Origin: an uncultured Muribaculaceae bacterium
GTDB taxonomy: Bacteria; Cyanobacteriota; Vampirovibrionia; Gastranaerophilales; Gastranaerophilaceae
Assembly (NCBI GenBank): GCA_964640325.1
Contig: CAZXID010000001.1
Location: forward strand, 3,994-67,993
DNA: 64,000 nt
Direction: 5' to 3'
Shown here: piece after piece, positions 18,466 to 27,896 of the stretch
How the letters are laid out: each line of letters opens with the position of its first letter
How positions within the stretch are numbered: the stretch's first letter is position 1
Made by a program: the position numbers and the translations under genes
The notes under the pieces: generated by a model
The model's database searches: none
What the model was told of the DNA's origin: nothing
Seen by the model: only the letters and a program-made list of their open reading frames with translations

Positions 18466-18494
18466 AATGTTTTATTTTTTTATCAGATATTTTT

Positions 18495-19127
18495 ATGTTA
18501 TTTCCCGAGGTTTATTTTATAATATTACTTATGAAAGAGTATTTAAATATAAAAATGTCAGAAGCATCTGAAAATTGTTTTGGGGAAGTTTATCAAGACA
18601 TGATTCTTCAATTTTGTCAAAATGAATTAAAACCAAAAGAGCATTTTGAGAATGTTTTGCAGAATCCGAATTATAAATTATTTATTTTTGAAGCGGATAA
18701 TGAAAAAATCGGTTATTTATTTTGTTATGTTAATGATTATTTATGGGCAGATTATTTTGCAATTTATAGAAATTATCAATCAAGAGGGTATGGCTCAAAA
18801 ATTTTAAGTAAAGTTTTTGAAGAGTACAAAAATTTAAAAGGATGCTTTTTTGAAGTTGAACAGGTTAGGCAGGAAGATTTAAAAACAAAAAAGAGACAGG
18901 ATTTTTATAAAAAAATAGGCTGTAAAAAATTAGATTTTGAATATTATTTTCCAAATGACTTTATCGACTTACCGATGGATTTGTTTTATTTTTGTTTGGC
19001 AGAAAAAAATATTCCTTCGAAATCAGAAATTTTTTCTTTTTTAAAAAAAATTTTTTATTTTTTGCACAAAGATGTTCAAAAAAAAGATAAAATATTAAAA
19101 ATGATTGAAAAAGGGAGTAAAATATGA
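18495..19127 (+). CDS. GNAT-family N-acetyltransferase
   Basis: Motif [18 protein letters not shown] (Q/RxxGxG/A acetyl-CoA loop). The start is ambiguous (ATGs at 18495, 18531 and 18555, none with a clear RBS). Confidence 0.6.
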   Translation: MLFPEVYFIILLMKEYLNIKMSEASENCFGEVYQDMILQFCQNELKPKEHFENVLQNPNYKLFIFEADNEKIGYLFCYVNDYLWADYFAIYRNYQSRGYGSKILSKVFEEYKNLKGCFFEVEQVRQEDLKTKKRQDFYKKIGCKKLDFEYYFPNDFIDLPMDLFYFCLAEKNIPSKSEIFSFLKKIFYFLHKDVQKKDKILKMIEKGSKI

Positions 19128-19537
19128 AATTTAAAACCGAATATCTTTGGTTTAACACCCAAAAACACAGACAATACATAAACATAACCGATGAGGTTCA
19201 AGAAATTGTTGATCAGAGCGGGGTGCAAGAAGGCATGGTGCTTGTGTCTGCAATGCATATAACCGCAGGTATTTACGTAAATGATGCCGAAAGCGGCTTG
19301 ATTTCTGATATTGACAAGTGGCTTGAGGAAATTGCACCTTTCAACATAAATTACAATCATCATCGCACAGGCGAAACCAACGGTGATAGCCACCTTAAAA
19401 GTCTTTTAATAGGGCATGAAGTAATTGTTCCTATCACAAAGGGCCAACTTGATTTCGGGCCATGGCAGCAGATTTATTATGCCGAATTCGACGGTCAGAG
19501 GCGCAAAAGAGTTATCGTAAAAGTAATGGGCGAGTAA
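19124..19537 (+). CDS. yjbQ: YjbQ/UPF0047-family protein (secondary thiamine-phosphate synthase enzyme)
   Basis: Family-typical [13 protein letters not shown] ... [21 protein letters not shown] ... [16 protein letters not shown]. The ATG overlaps the upstream stop (ATGA). Confidence 0.85.
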   Translation: MKFKTEYLWFNTQKHRQYINITDEVQEIVDQSGVQEGMVLVSAMHITAGIYVNDAESGLISDIDKWLEEIAPFNINYNHHRTGETNGDSHLKSLLIGHEVIVPITKGQLDFGPWQQIYYAEFDGQRRKRVIVKVMGE

Positions 19538-19609
19538 AGAGGCTGCGGAAAAGCTTTTGCAAATTTTAGACAAAATTTTTAAATTAAGGTATAATATTTT
19601 AGAGGGCTT

Positions 19610-20290
19610 ATGAAAAAGATTTTAATACTGTTGGTTATAATTTCAATTACACTTCCGGTTTTTGCCGAAGGTGCAAAGAAAACACGTCTTGACAAGTGTT
19701 TTGAGATAAGCAAGCAGGCTGAAGCAAGAAAAGACAATGAGCTTTTTAAAGATTATGCTATGTGCGTTTATCGAACAAATAAAAATGGAATTGTTCCAAA
19801 AGACGAGATAAAAGTTTTAAACAATCAGTCTTTGGGGTTAATTATAAAATATTACACAACAAGATATTCTCAGACAAAAAATAAAAAAGATTTTGAAAAA
19901 GCCCAAAAATATGCATTTGCAGCACTGAAAAACAGAACAAACGACCCTGAAACTATTTACAACATAATTCTTTTGTTTTCACTTGCATTGGATGAAGAAA
20001 ATATGCTTTTGACTTATGATTATTGGCAAAAAATAAATCCTGTGGATGCGGCAAAAATAAATCAGGAATTTGCACAAAATATTTCAAAAGTAAGAGAAAC
20101 AAAATCTCTTTTGAAGCATAACAGAGATTATTATATGAAAAAGCGAATAGGCACAATTCTTTATAGTGTCGGCTATGACATGCCTTCTTATGCTATTGAG
20201 GCAGGAGATTACCATAAAAAAGACGTCCCGTCCTGTATTTATTCAATAGAAAATCTTCAATATAATATGGATTATCAATCAAGCTTTTGA
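19610..20290 (+). CDS. Hypothetical secreted protein
   Basis: Signal peptide MKKILILLVIISITLPVFA. The rest is helical and Lys-rich with no recognisable domain. The 3' end overlaps the convergent yebC-like gene by 16 nt. Confidence 0.5.
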   Translation: MKKILILLVIISITLPVFAEGAKKTRLDKCFEISKQAEARKDNELFKDYAMCVYRTNKNGIVPKDEIKVLNNQSLGLIIKYYTTRYSQTKNKKDFEKAQKYAFAALKNRTNDPETIYNIILLFSLALDEENMLLTYDYWQKINPVDAAKINQEFAQNISKVRETKSLLKHNRDYYMKKRIGTILYSVGYDMPSYAIEAGDYHKKDVPSCIYSIENLQYNMDYQSSF

Positions 20291-21021
20291 AGAATATCAT
20301 CTGCTATATCAAAGTTTGAATAAACATTTTGAACATCGTCGTGTTCTTCGATTCGCTCTAAAAGTTTTAAAATTTGGATTGCTGTTTTTTCATCCGTAAT
20401 ATCTACGCTATTTTGGGGCAATCTGGTCAATTCGGCATTTATATTCTTAAATCCCGATTTTTCAAGCCCTTCAACGACACTTTGAAAATTTTCGATAGAA
20501 GTTATGACTTTATAATTTTCATCCTCTTCAATTATATCATCCGCACCTAGTTCTGCTGCTGCATCAAATAATTTTTCAAAATCTTGTGACTTAGAAAATG
20601 AAACAATGCCAACCGGTTTAAATATCCAACCTACACAACCGTTTTCGCCAAGATTTCCGCTAAATTTTGTGAAATAACTTCTTATATCGCCTGCCGTTCT
20701 ATTGCGGTTGTCAGTCAGGGCTTCAATAAAAACAGCAACTCCGCCTGCTGCGTACCCTTCATAGGTTAATTCTTCAAAACTTTCTCCGCTTCCAAGCCCT
20801 GCGCCTTTTTCTATTGCGCGTTTGATATTATCAGCCGGAAGCCCCGCTGATTTTGCCCTTTCAATTGCTGTTCTTAAGCGAAAATTTGCGGTAGAGTCTG
20901 CCCCGCCAAGTCTTGCCGATACCATTAATTCTCTTGAATATTTCTGAAAAACAACGGCTCTGGCAGAATCCACTTTTGCCTTTTTACGTTTTATTGTTGC
21001 CCACTTTGAATGTCCAGACAT
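20275..21021 (-). CDS. yebC: YebC/PmpR-family DNA-binding transcriptional regulator
   Basis: Hallmark N-terminus MSGHSKWATIKRKKA. Full-length at 248 aa. Confidence 0.9.
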   Translation of the reverse strand: MSGHSKWATIKRKKAKVDSARAVVFQKYSRELMVSARLGGADSTANFRLRTAIERAKSAGLPADNIKRAIEKGAGLGSGESFEELTYEGYAAGGVAVFIEALTDNRNRTAGDIRSYFTKFSGNLGENGCVGWIFKPVGIVSFSKSQDFEKLFDAAAELGADDIIEEDENYKVITSIENFQSVVEGLEKSGFKNINAELTRLPQNSVDITDEKTAIQILKLLERIEEHDDVQNVYSNFDIADDILQKLD

Positions 21022-21032
21022 GAAAATTTACC

Positions 21033-21419
21033 TTAATTTGGATTTTCTTCTTCTTCTTCTTCTTCTTCTTTAATTTTGGCAACGACCATTTTTGCCATTT
21101 CTTTTGCGATAATGTTTTGAGTTTTTTCGGGGCAATTTTGAAGCATGCTCATGGCGGTTTTGACAGTTGAATCAATATCATACCAGCGAGAACTTCTTTC
21201 TTCTTCGACCCCTGCCTCCACTGCAGAGATAATATCTTCAACCGCCTCATATTCGGATTCTTCAATGTTGTGCTCAATAATTATTTTGATTAAATTTAAA
21301 GCAATTTTAATTTGTGCTTCGTCGCCTGAATTTTCCAACGTTTTCATAGCCGAAGACAAGACGGGATCCTTATCGTACCAGCGTCTGAAATTTGGGCTGT
21401 ATTCTTCTTTCATCTTCAT
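21033..21419 (-). CDS. Small acidic protein with an internal duplication and a poly-Glu tail, function unknown
   Basis: Two ~55-aa repeats (RRWYDKDPVLSSAMKTLENS... / SRWYDIDSTVKTAMSMLQNC...). The C-terminal EEEEEEEE is encoded by a (GAA)8 run, seen as CTT repeats at about 21045-21070. Confidence 0.5.
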   Translation of the reverse strand: MKMKEEYSPNFRRWYDKDPVLSSAMKTLENSGDEAQIKIALNLIKIIIEHNIEESEYEAVEDIISAVEAGVEEERSSRWYDIDSTVKTAMSMLQNCPEKTQNIIAKEMAKMVVAKIKEEEEEEEENPN

Positions 21420-21447
21420 CTCCTTTTTATAAACACTAAATCTTTAA

Positions 21448-21750
21448 TTAACCGTTTTTAAAAGTAACTCCTTTGATGCCTTTAGGATATTCCCAATCTA
21501 TATTTTTGCTCGGGCATACAATTCTGCACGCACCGCATTCAAGACAATTTTCATGCCCGATTAAGAGTTTTTTATTTTCTTCATCCCATTCGTAAACATG
21601 CGCAGGGCAAATGTATGTGCAAACTTTCGAAGTACACAACAGACAAATTTTATTGTCTGCCTTAAGATGAGTTTCTTCGTCAGGTACATATTTTACCTTA
21701 AAAAGTTTATCATCTATTGTGGGTTTTGATTTTTCTTTATTTTCGTCCAT
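21448..21750 (-). CDS. fixX: FixX-like ferredoxin-type protein
   Basis: ~100 aa with Cys clusters (CLLCTSKVCTYICP, CLECGACRIVCP). Start-stop coupled with the fixC-like gene upstream. Confidence 0.8.
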   Translation of the reverse strand: MDENKEKSKPTIDDKLFKVKYVPDEETHLKADNKICLLCTSKVCTYICPAHVYEWDEENKKLLIGHENCLECGACRIVCPSKNIDWEYPKGIKGVTFKNG

Positions 21751-23045
21751 TATTTTAAGACTCCTAACATAAGTTTTACGATATTCACAAAATCCTTAAA
21801 CAGTTCGGATATACTTCTGTCTGTGAATATGCTTTTGATGAAACAACGGTATTTATCGCGCTTGGGAATACTGTCAACAGTCGTAAACATTTTAAAGAAC
21901 GATGCTATTTTTTCAGGATAATATCCCAAGAATGATTCAGCTCTGTCGTGTATTATGTTCATAAGGCTTTTATAGCTTTTTAAATCTTTTAATATAAAAG
22001 AATTTTCAAGTTTTTTCTGATATAAAGAAAGCATATTTGCGTTGAAATCGATTTTTGTAAGCGCTTCAATTGCGGTTTCGCCTGCTAGTTTTCCGCTAAT
22101 CATGGCAAGGTTTGTACCTTCCCAATGAAGGTTATTAACCAGCATTGCACTATCGCCTGCAATCATAACTCCGTCTGAAAAAAGTTTCGGTATCTTGTTG
22201 AATCCGCCCTCAGGAATTAAGTGAGCGGAATATTCAACTAATTCGCCGTCTTTTAATAGGGGTTCGATGCGCGGATGGCTTTTTAATTGGTCGAGAAGCT
22301 CATAGGGCTTAAGATTTCTTTTTGCAAGTTCGTCTAAACCTATCCCTAAACCTATAGAAACAGATTCTTTGTTTGTATAAACGTAGCCTAATCCCAACAT
22401 TCCAAGCATCGGCTCGCCGAAAATTTCGTATATAGAGCCTTCGCCGTCTTCAAGATTAAACCTTTCTTCGATTTTTTCTTTGCTTAGTTTTATAACTTCT
22501 TTTACGCCAAGGGCGACGTCTTTGGGTTTAATTTCTTTTCTTAGTCCGATTTTTTTGGCAAGAAGCGAATTAACTCCATCTGCAAGAATTACGATATCTG
22601 AATAATATTCCTCAAGTTCTGTGATAACTCCGACGACTTTATTTTCTTTGATAAGAAGGTCTTTAACAACGGTTTCTGTGACCAAAACCACTCCTTCTTT
22701 TTGGGCTTCTTGAGCCATCCAGCGGTCAAATTTTGCTCGAATCACAGAGTAACTGTTTGCTTCACTTTTTTTATCAAAATATGAAATCCCCACAGCATCA
22801 TCTTTGGTGAGCATTAAATATTTGTGCATTACGGTTTTTCGTTCAATAGGCGCGCTCTGTTCAAAGTCGGGAAAAATTTCTTTTGTCGGCTGAACATAAA
22901 TCGCACCGCCAAACATGTTTTTGCTTCCGGAAAAATTTCCGCGCTCAATCAAGATAACTCTTTTTCCTGCTCGGGCGATTGTCACTGCCGCAGAAATCCC
23001 TGCCGGGCCTCCGCCTACGACTATTACATCTGTTTTATTCTTCAT
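21750..23045 (-). CDS. fixC: FixC-like FAD-dependent oxidoreductase (ETF-quinone oxidoreductase family)
   Basis: FAD-binding VIVVGGGPAGISAA, 431 aa, followed by fixX. Confidence 0.8.
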   Translation of the reverse strand: MKNKTDVIVVGGGPAGISAAVTIARAGKRVILIERGNFSGSKNMFGGAIYVQPTKEIFPDFEQSAPIERKTVMHKYLMLTKDDAVGISYFDKKSEANSYSVIRAKFDRWMAQEAQKEGVVLVTETVVKDLLIKENKVVGVITELEEYYSDIVILADGVNSLLAKKIGLRKEIKPKDVALGVKEVIKLSKEKIEERFNLEDGEGSIYEIFGEPMLGMLGLGYVYTNKESVSIGLGIGLDELAKRNLKPYELLDQLKSHPRIEPLLKDGELVEYSAHLIPEGGFNKIPKLFSDGVMIAGDSAMLVNNLHWEGTNLAMISGKLAGETAIEALTKIDFNANMLSLYQKKLENSFILKDLKSYKSLMNIIHDRAESFLGYYPEKIASFFKMFTTVDSIPKRDKYRCFIKSIFTDRSISELFKDFVNIVKLMLGVLK

Positions 23046-23153
23046 TTAAGGTTCTCCTCGAAGTGTAAAACTATTATATAATGAAAAAATTCGTTTGTAA
23101 ATTGTTTAAATTTATTGTACAATCTGGATAAATTTAGGAATCGAGGATATGCA

Positions 23154-24167
23154 ATGCTTATAATAATGACGCATGGGGCAACTGAAGAAAACATATCAAG
23201 CGTAAAAACTTTTATTGAGAAAAAAGGGTTTTCCGCCCACATTTCAGTCGGTGAAATTCATACCGTAATCGGTGCTGTCGGGGGTAAAATTATTGACCCC
23301 AGAGATATAGAATTATTAGACGGAGTGCACGAAGTTATCAGAATATCTTCGCGCTACAAACTTGCAAGCAGAGTTTTTCAGCAGGAAGACACTGTTGTTG
23401 AAGTAAACGGAGTTAAATTCGGAGGAGAAAACCTCGGAATAATTGCAGGACCCTGTACGGTGGAGAGCTATGAGCAAATGGATAAGACCGCTTATGCGCT
23501 TTCAAAAAGCGGGGTTAAAATATTAAGAGGCGGAGCTTTTAAGCCAAGAACCTCTCCCTATGATTTTCAAGGGCTGGGCGAAGAAGGTTTAAAAATAATA
23601 AGAGAAGTTGCTGATAAATACAAAATGGCTGTAACATCTGAAATTATGGAAATTTCTCAAATTCCTTTATTTGAAAAATATGTCGATATTTTTCAAATTG
23701 GGGCAAGAAACATGCAAAATTTCAATCTTTTAAGAGAATTGGGGCAGATTAAAAAGCCTGTAATCTTAAAAAGAGGATTATCCGCAACAATAGAAGAATG
23801 GTTAATGTCTGCAGAATATATTTTATCCGGCGGAAACAGACAAGTCATTCTTTGCGAGCGCGGAATAAGAACTTTTGAAATGGTTACAAGAAACACACTT
23901 GACCTGTCGGCAATCCCTGTTGTTAAAAAGATAAGCCACCTTCCTGTAATAATTGACCCCAGCCACGGGACAGGACTCAGAGATAAAGTTATTCCAATGT
24001 CAAGAGCGGCTGTTGCCGCAGGCTGCGACGGCTTGATTATAGAGGTTCACCATGACCCTGATAATGCCATCTGTGACGGCGCACAATCCCTGCACCCGCA
24101 CGAATACGAAGAATTGTATCAATCAATCAAAAAAATCGCTGTCGTGATAGATAAGAAAATTTTGTAA
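23154..24167 (+). CDS. 3-deoxy-7-phosphoheptulonate (DAHP) synthase, type I-beta, with an N-terminal ferredoxin-like regulatory domain
   Basis: GPCTVES ... LRGGAFKPRTSPYDFQGLG ... DPSHGTG motifs. The ATG at 23154 lies 6 nt after GAGGA. The ORF track starts at 23115. Confidence 0.9.
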   Translation: MLIIMTHGATEENISSVKTFIEKKGFSAHISVGEIHTVIGAVGGKIIDPRDIELLDGVHEVIRISSRYKLASRVFQQEDTVVEVNGVKFGGENLGIIAGPCTVESYEQMDKTAYALSKSGVKILRGGAFKPRTSPYDFQGLGEEGLKIIREVADKYKMAVTSEIMEISQIPLFEKYVDIFQIGARNMQNFNLLRELGQIKKPVILKRGLSATIEEWLMSAEYILSGGNRQVILCERGIRTFEMVTRNTLDLSAIPVVKKISHLPVIIDPSHGTGLRDKVIPMSRAAVAAGCDGLIIEVHHDPDNAICDGAQSLHPHEYEELYQSIKKIAVVIDKKIL

Positions 24168-24208
24168 ATAAACGTATCAAAATTTATTTTTTGTTTTTAT
24201 AATAAAAA

Positions 24209-24241
24209 GGGCAAAAATCCTTCGGATTTTTGCCCTTTTTG
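24209..24241 (+). terminator. Rho-independent terminator after the DAHP synthase gene
   Basis: GGGCAAAAATCC / GGATTTTTGCCC perfect stem followed by TTTTT. Confidence 0.85.
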
Positions 24242-24349
24242 AAAATTTTTTCGATTATTTTACAAATTTTTGACCCGAAAAATTAAAAAATCAAACAAAA
24301 TTCTTTTAAAATTTCAAAAAATATTAATATTACCTTAATTTACAAACCC

Positions 24350-24378
24350 TTGACCTTTATTAAAAAACGTATTCTAAT
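24350..24378 (+). promoter_or_regulatory. Candidate sigma-70 promoter of glnA (TTGACC - 17 nt - TCTAAT)
   Basis: Hexamers and spacing read directly from the sequence, about 100 nt upstream of the glnA ATG. Confidence 0.45.
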
Positions 24379-24386
24379 TAAGGTTA

Positions 24387-24460
24387 TGAGATTATAAGTT
24401 TCAATTTAACTCTTTTCATGGCATTAACTTATAATCTTATAAACTGATAAACTTATAATC
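24387..24460 (+). promoter_or_regulatory. glnA leader: 14-bp inverted repeat plus a third copy of one arm (alternative-pairing or operator-like element)
   Basis: TGAGATTATAAGTT (24387-24400) is complementary to AACTTATAATCTTA (24426-24439). AACTTATAATC recurs at 24450-24460, just upstream of the AAGGAG RBS. Confidence 0.5.
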
Positions 24461-24476
24461 AAATAAAGGAGATATT

Positions 24477-25838
24477 ATGAGCGAATACACACACATACCT
24501 TTAAGTAACAAAACATTCAGCGATGAAGAAATTAAAAAACTGATAAAAGAAAATGATGTCAGATTTATTCAGCTGCAGTTTGTGGACATAAACGGTCAGG
24601 TAAAAAATATGGCTGTGCCATCGGCACACATTGAAAAAGTTCTTGCAAATGAGATTATGCTTGACGGCTCTTCAATAAAAGGGTTTAGAAGTATAGAAAC
24701 ATCGGATATGTTCTTTTATCCGGACAAAAATTCATTTCAGATTTTGCCATGGACGACAAATGAAAATGCAAAAAGCGCAAGACTTATATGCGATATTTAT
24801 AATTCTGACGGAACACCCTTTGAAGGATGTCCGCGCTGTAATTTAAAAAGAGTTATGAAAGAAGCAGAAAAGCTTGGGTTTTCAATGAACTTGGGGCCTG
24901 AGGCAGAATTTTTCCTTTTTGAGAAAAAAGAAGGAAAAATTACCACCGAAACTCAGGATAAAGCAGGATACTATGATGTCGGCCCTGATGATTTGGGAGA
25001 AAATGTTCGTGCGGATATTGTTTCTGCGCTTCAAAAAATGAATTTTGACATTGAAGCCTCTCACCATGAAGTTGCAGACGGTCAGCATGAAATTGATTTT
25101 AAATACGCAGATATTTTAACAACTGCAGATAATGTCGCAACTTTTAGGATTGCGGTTAAAGCTATTGCCGCTCAACACGGGCTTCATGCGACCTTTATGC
25201 CAAAACCGATTTTCGGCATAAATGGCTCGGGCATGCACTGCAACATTTCTCTTTTCAAAGATGGCAAAAACGCTTTTCTTAACGAAAAGAAAGAATACCA
25301 GCTTTCAGATGTGGCACTTTATTCAATAGGCGGGCTTTTAAAACATGTAAAAAGCATCACCGCAATTACAAACCCGACTGTTAACAGCTACAAAAGGCTT
25401 GTACCCGGATATGAAGCACCTGTTTATCTGGCATGGTCTTTGGCAAACAGAAGCGCACTTTTAAGAGTTCCGGCAAAACGTGGAAACGCAACAAGAGTTG
25501 AGCTTCGCTCGCCGGATCCAAGCTGCAACCCTTATCTTGCTTTTGCCGCTATTTTAGAAGCTTGTCTTGACGGAATCAGAAACAAAATTGACCCGCCTGC
25601 ACCTGTTGAAAGCAATATTTATCACCTGACTTCAAAAGAGCGCAAAAAACAAAGAATCGATTCGCTTCCCGGAAGCCTTGCAGAATCATTGGAGCAGCTT
25701 GATAAATCACTTGTTGCAAGGGCGGCATTGGGTGAACACATTTTCCATGAATTTATGAGCTCTAAGAAAAAAGAATGGGATTCTTTCAGAACTTATGTTT
25801 CAGGTTGGGAAATTAACAGATACTTAGAAAGATATTAA
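24477..25838 (+). CDS. glnA: Glutamine synthetase, type I
   Basis: 453 aa with GS-I motifs (FVDINGQVK, GPEAEFFLF, NGSGMHCN, NPTVNSYKRLVPGYEAP, ELRSPDPSCNPY). Confidence 0.95.
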   Translation: MSEYTHIPLSNKTFSDEEIKKLIKENDVRFIQLQFVDINGQVKNMAVPSAHIEKVLANEIMLDGSSIKGFRSIETSDMFFYPDKNSFQILPWTTNENAKSARLICDIYNSDGTPFEGCPRCNLKRVMKEAEKLGFSMNLGPEAEFFLFEKKEGKITTETQDKAGYYDVGPDDLGENVRADIVSALQKMNFDIEASHHEVADGQHEIDFKYADILTTADNVATFRIAVKAIAAQHGLHATFMPKPIFGINGSGMHCNISLFKDGKNAFLNEKKEYQLSDVALYSIGGLLKHVKSITAITNPTVNSYKRLVPGYEAPVYLAWSLANRSALLRVPAKRGNATRVELRSPDPSCNPYLAFAAILEACLDGIRNKIDPPAPVESNIYHLTSKERKKQRIDSLPGSLAESLEQLDKSLVARAALGEHIFHEFMSSKKKEWDSFRTYVSGWEINRYLERY

Positions 25839-25860
25839 AAACTAAAAGACTTTTTAAATA

Positions 25861-25919
25861 AATAGTAAATGGTAAATAGATTTTAAATCCTATTCACTAT
25901 TTACTATTTTCTATTTACT
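25861..25919. repeat. Inverted heptamer blocks (AATAGTAAATGGTAAATAG / CTATTCACTATTTACTATTTTCTATTTACT) between convergent glnA and a PHP gene
   Basis: Same unit family as 9442-9520. Probable bidirectional terminator structure. Confidence 0.75.
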
Positions 25920-26551
25920 CATAGGCTTCCGTGTTCGTCTGTTCCGCCTGTTTTAATAAGGTTTAATTTATCTGCGATTTTTTCAACATTTTTAACAGTG
26001 TGAAATTTGACTATTTTTCTGTGACGTTCATAAGGATAATAAACTTCTATTCCGTCAAGCCCAAGGTTCATAAGATTTTTGACCAATTTTTTAAGGCTGA
26101 AAGTAAAGCAGCATGCCGGATGTGCAAGGACTGCTATTCCGCCTGCTTCGTGGATTGCATCAATAACTCTTTTGGGATGTTTGAAAGAAAAAATCCTTAC
26201 CCAATCGGCTTCGGTGCCGCGTTTAGTTTTGGCGCACAGAGATTGAAGTTTTTTGTTATTCACATCAATTCCATAGCCCAGCATATGTAGAAAAACAGTT
26301 CCAAACCAGCAATCAAACTCAATCCCCGGGATTATCATTTCTTCATTCAAAATATCTGTTTGCAGATACGCATTGAGCGTGTTGTGGTCGGTTATTGAGA
26401 TATGCTTAAGACTCTTAGCTTTTGCCTGTGCAACCAATTCTACAGCATTTACCCCCCCGTCGGAGAAGGTTGAATGTATGTGCAGATTAACGCCGTTTTT
26501 ATAATCTTCTTTGGTAAAAGATTTAATTAATTCTTTGTAAGATTCAGTCAT
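25919..26551 (-). CDS. PHP-domain phosphoesterase (second copy in the window)
   Basis: NLHIHSTFSDGG, ITDHNT and GGTDEHG motifs. Confidence 0.75.
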   Translation of the reverse strand: MTESYKELIKSFTKEDYKNGVNLHIHSTFSDGGVNAVELVAQAKAKSLKHISITDHNTLNAYLQTDILNEEMIIPGIEFDCWFGTVFLHMLGYGIDVNNKKLQSLCAKTKRGTEADWVRIFSFKHPKRVIDAIHEAGGIAVLAHPACCFTFSLKKLVKNLMNLGLDGIEVYYPYERHRKIVKFHTVKNVEKIADKLNLIKTGGTDEHGSL

Positions 26552-26629
26552 GATTTGTTTTTCTAAAGTATTGTATAATAAGACGATTTGTAATACACTT
26601 TAACATATAACAAAAAAAGGAACTAGACA

Positions 26630-27562
26630 ATGGCTCGGATTAAAAACAGTGTTTTTGGAATTTTTGCACAAGCAACAAAGCTTTATTTTACAAATTTTAC
26701 TAAATTTTTCAGGTATATGGCATTTCCGGTATTCGGACAGATTTTGGGGATAATTATAGCCTTACTTTCTTCTTACTATTACACATTGAATGTGCCCAAT
26801 TTAATCGCACAGGGTGGAATTTTTAATAATTTTTCAATGATTTTTCTTGTTTTGCTTTTGATAACTCTGCCGGGGCTTTTTATATTTATGAAAGCTTTTT
26901 GGGATTATCTTGTTGCTTACGGGGCAATAAATTCTATGGTGGAAAATCTTGTTAAATCGGGAAAAGTCTATGACTTTGCAGCGCACAATGAAGTTGTAGC
27001 AAGGAGAACACCTGCTTTTGTCGGGCTTTGGCTTTTGTTTGCTCTGTTTACGCTTGTAGGAATGTTTCCTTTATTTTGGCTTGTGGCCGGGATTTTATTT
27101 GTTTATTTTGTCCTTGTGTTTCAAGTGTTTACCTTTGAGCCGGATAAATCGCCCATTGGCTGTTTCAAAAAAAGTTTTAATATTATAAAAGGAAATTTTT
27201 GGAAAACCTGCGGATTGATGTCGATTTTGTGGTTTTTTACATACTGGATTTTGCCCGAGGCAGTTAAATTTTTGTTTGATGCGGCAAAAATAATTGCCTT
27301 TTTAGCAATTCCTTTAGACGGTTGGGCAAGCCAGTTTCCTATTGATGAAATAAATAAAATTCTTATACAGTCCCCGACTGCCTATCAAATAACTTCTCTT
27401 TTGATTGCTCAGTTTGTGGTTTCTGTTTTTTTGGGATATGCCGTTATTTGTCTTACACTTCCTCTCAGAAGCGTATGTTGGGCTCTTTGGTATAAGGCTT
27501 TAAATAAGGGTGAGGCAAAATTGGATAAGAAAATTTTAGATAGGGCTGAGGCTAAAGATTAA
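26630..27562 (+). CDS. Hypothetical polytopic membrane protein
   Basis: 310 aa with at least 6 hydrophobic helices. No recognisable domain. Confidence 0.5.
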   Translation: MARIKNSVFGIFAQATKLYFTNFTKFFRYMAFPVFGQILGIIIALLSSYYYTLNVPNLIAQGGIFNNFSMIFLVLLLITLPGLFIFMKAFWDYLVAYGAINSMVENLVKSGKVYDFAAHNEVVARRTPAFVGLWLLFALFTLVGMFPLFWLVAGILFVYFVLVFQVFTFEPDKSPIGCFKKSFNIIKGNFWKTCGLMSILWFFTYWILPEAVKFLFDAAKIIAFLAIPLDGWASQFPIDEINKILIQSPTAYQITSLLIAQFVVSVFLGYAVICLTLPLRSVCWALWYKALNKGEAKLDKKILDRAEAKD

Positions 27563-27795
27563 TGTTTTTGTGTAAAAACTGTAAATCTATTGATAAATTC
27601 GAATTGATGTTTTCACCCGATTACAAAGGCGAAAAAAAGTTTCTGCAAAAGTATAACAAAAAAAACGAAATAGAAATAACAGTTGACGGTTATACATTTA
27701 TACCGGATTTGATGTTTATGAATGAACATGCCGTATGCAGATACTGCGGTCAGATTTATATGTGGGATTATAATGAAGTAAATAGTAAATGGTAA
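27562..27795 (+). CDS. Small zinc-ribbon-like protein (CxxC ... CxxC), translationally coupled to the upstream membrane protein
   Basis: CKNC and CRYC pairs. TAATG stop/start overlap. The last ~6 codons are encoded by the heptamer repeat array, so the true C-terminus is uncertain. Confidence 0.4.
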   Translation: MFLCKNCKSIDKFELMFSPDYKGEKKFLQKYNKKNEIEITVDGYTFIPDLMFMNEHAVCRYCGQIYMWDYNEVNSKW

Positions 27796-27882
27796 ATGGT
27801 AAATAGAAGTAGGTCGGGCATACTTGCCCGACAGCAAAGAAAAAAAGAAGAATTGTAGGGTGGGTTCCCTAACCCACCAAAA
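27778..27882. repeat. Composite repeat cluster: GTAAAT heptamer array, GTCGGGCATACTTGCCCGAC hairpin and GGTGGGTT...AACCCACC hairpin
   Basis: Heptamers at 27778-27808. Perfect palindrome at 27813-27832 (a degenerate relative lies at 6370-6389). Second hairpin at about 27856-27880. Confidence 0.75.
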
Positions 27883-27896
27883 TAAAGGAAGAAAAT

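Noticed and set aside
18240-18467. 75-aa ORF overlapping tRNA-Val and its downstream region
   Set aside because: It starts inside the tRNA gene and runs through terminator hairpins and REP-like sequence. There is no RBS. It is spurious.
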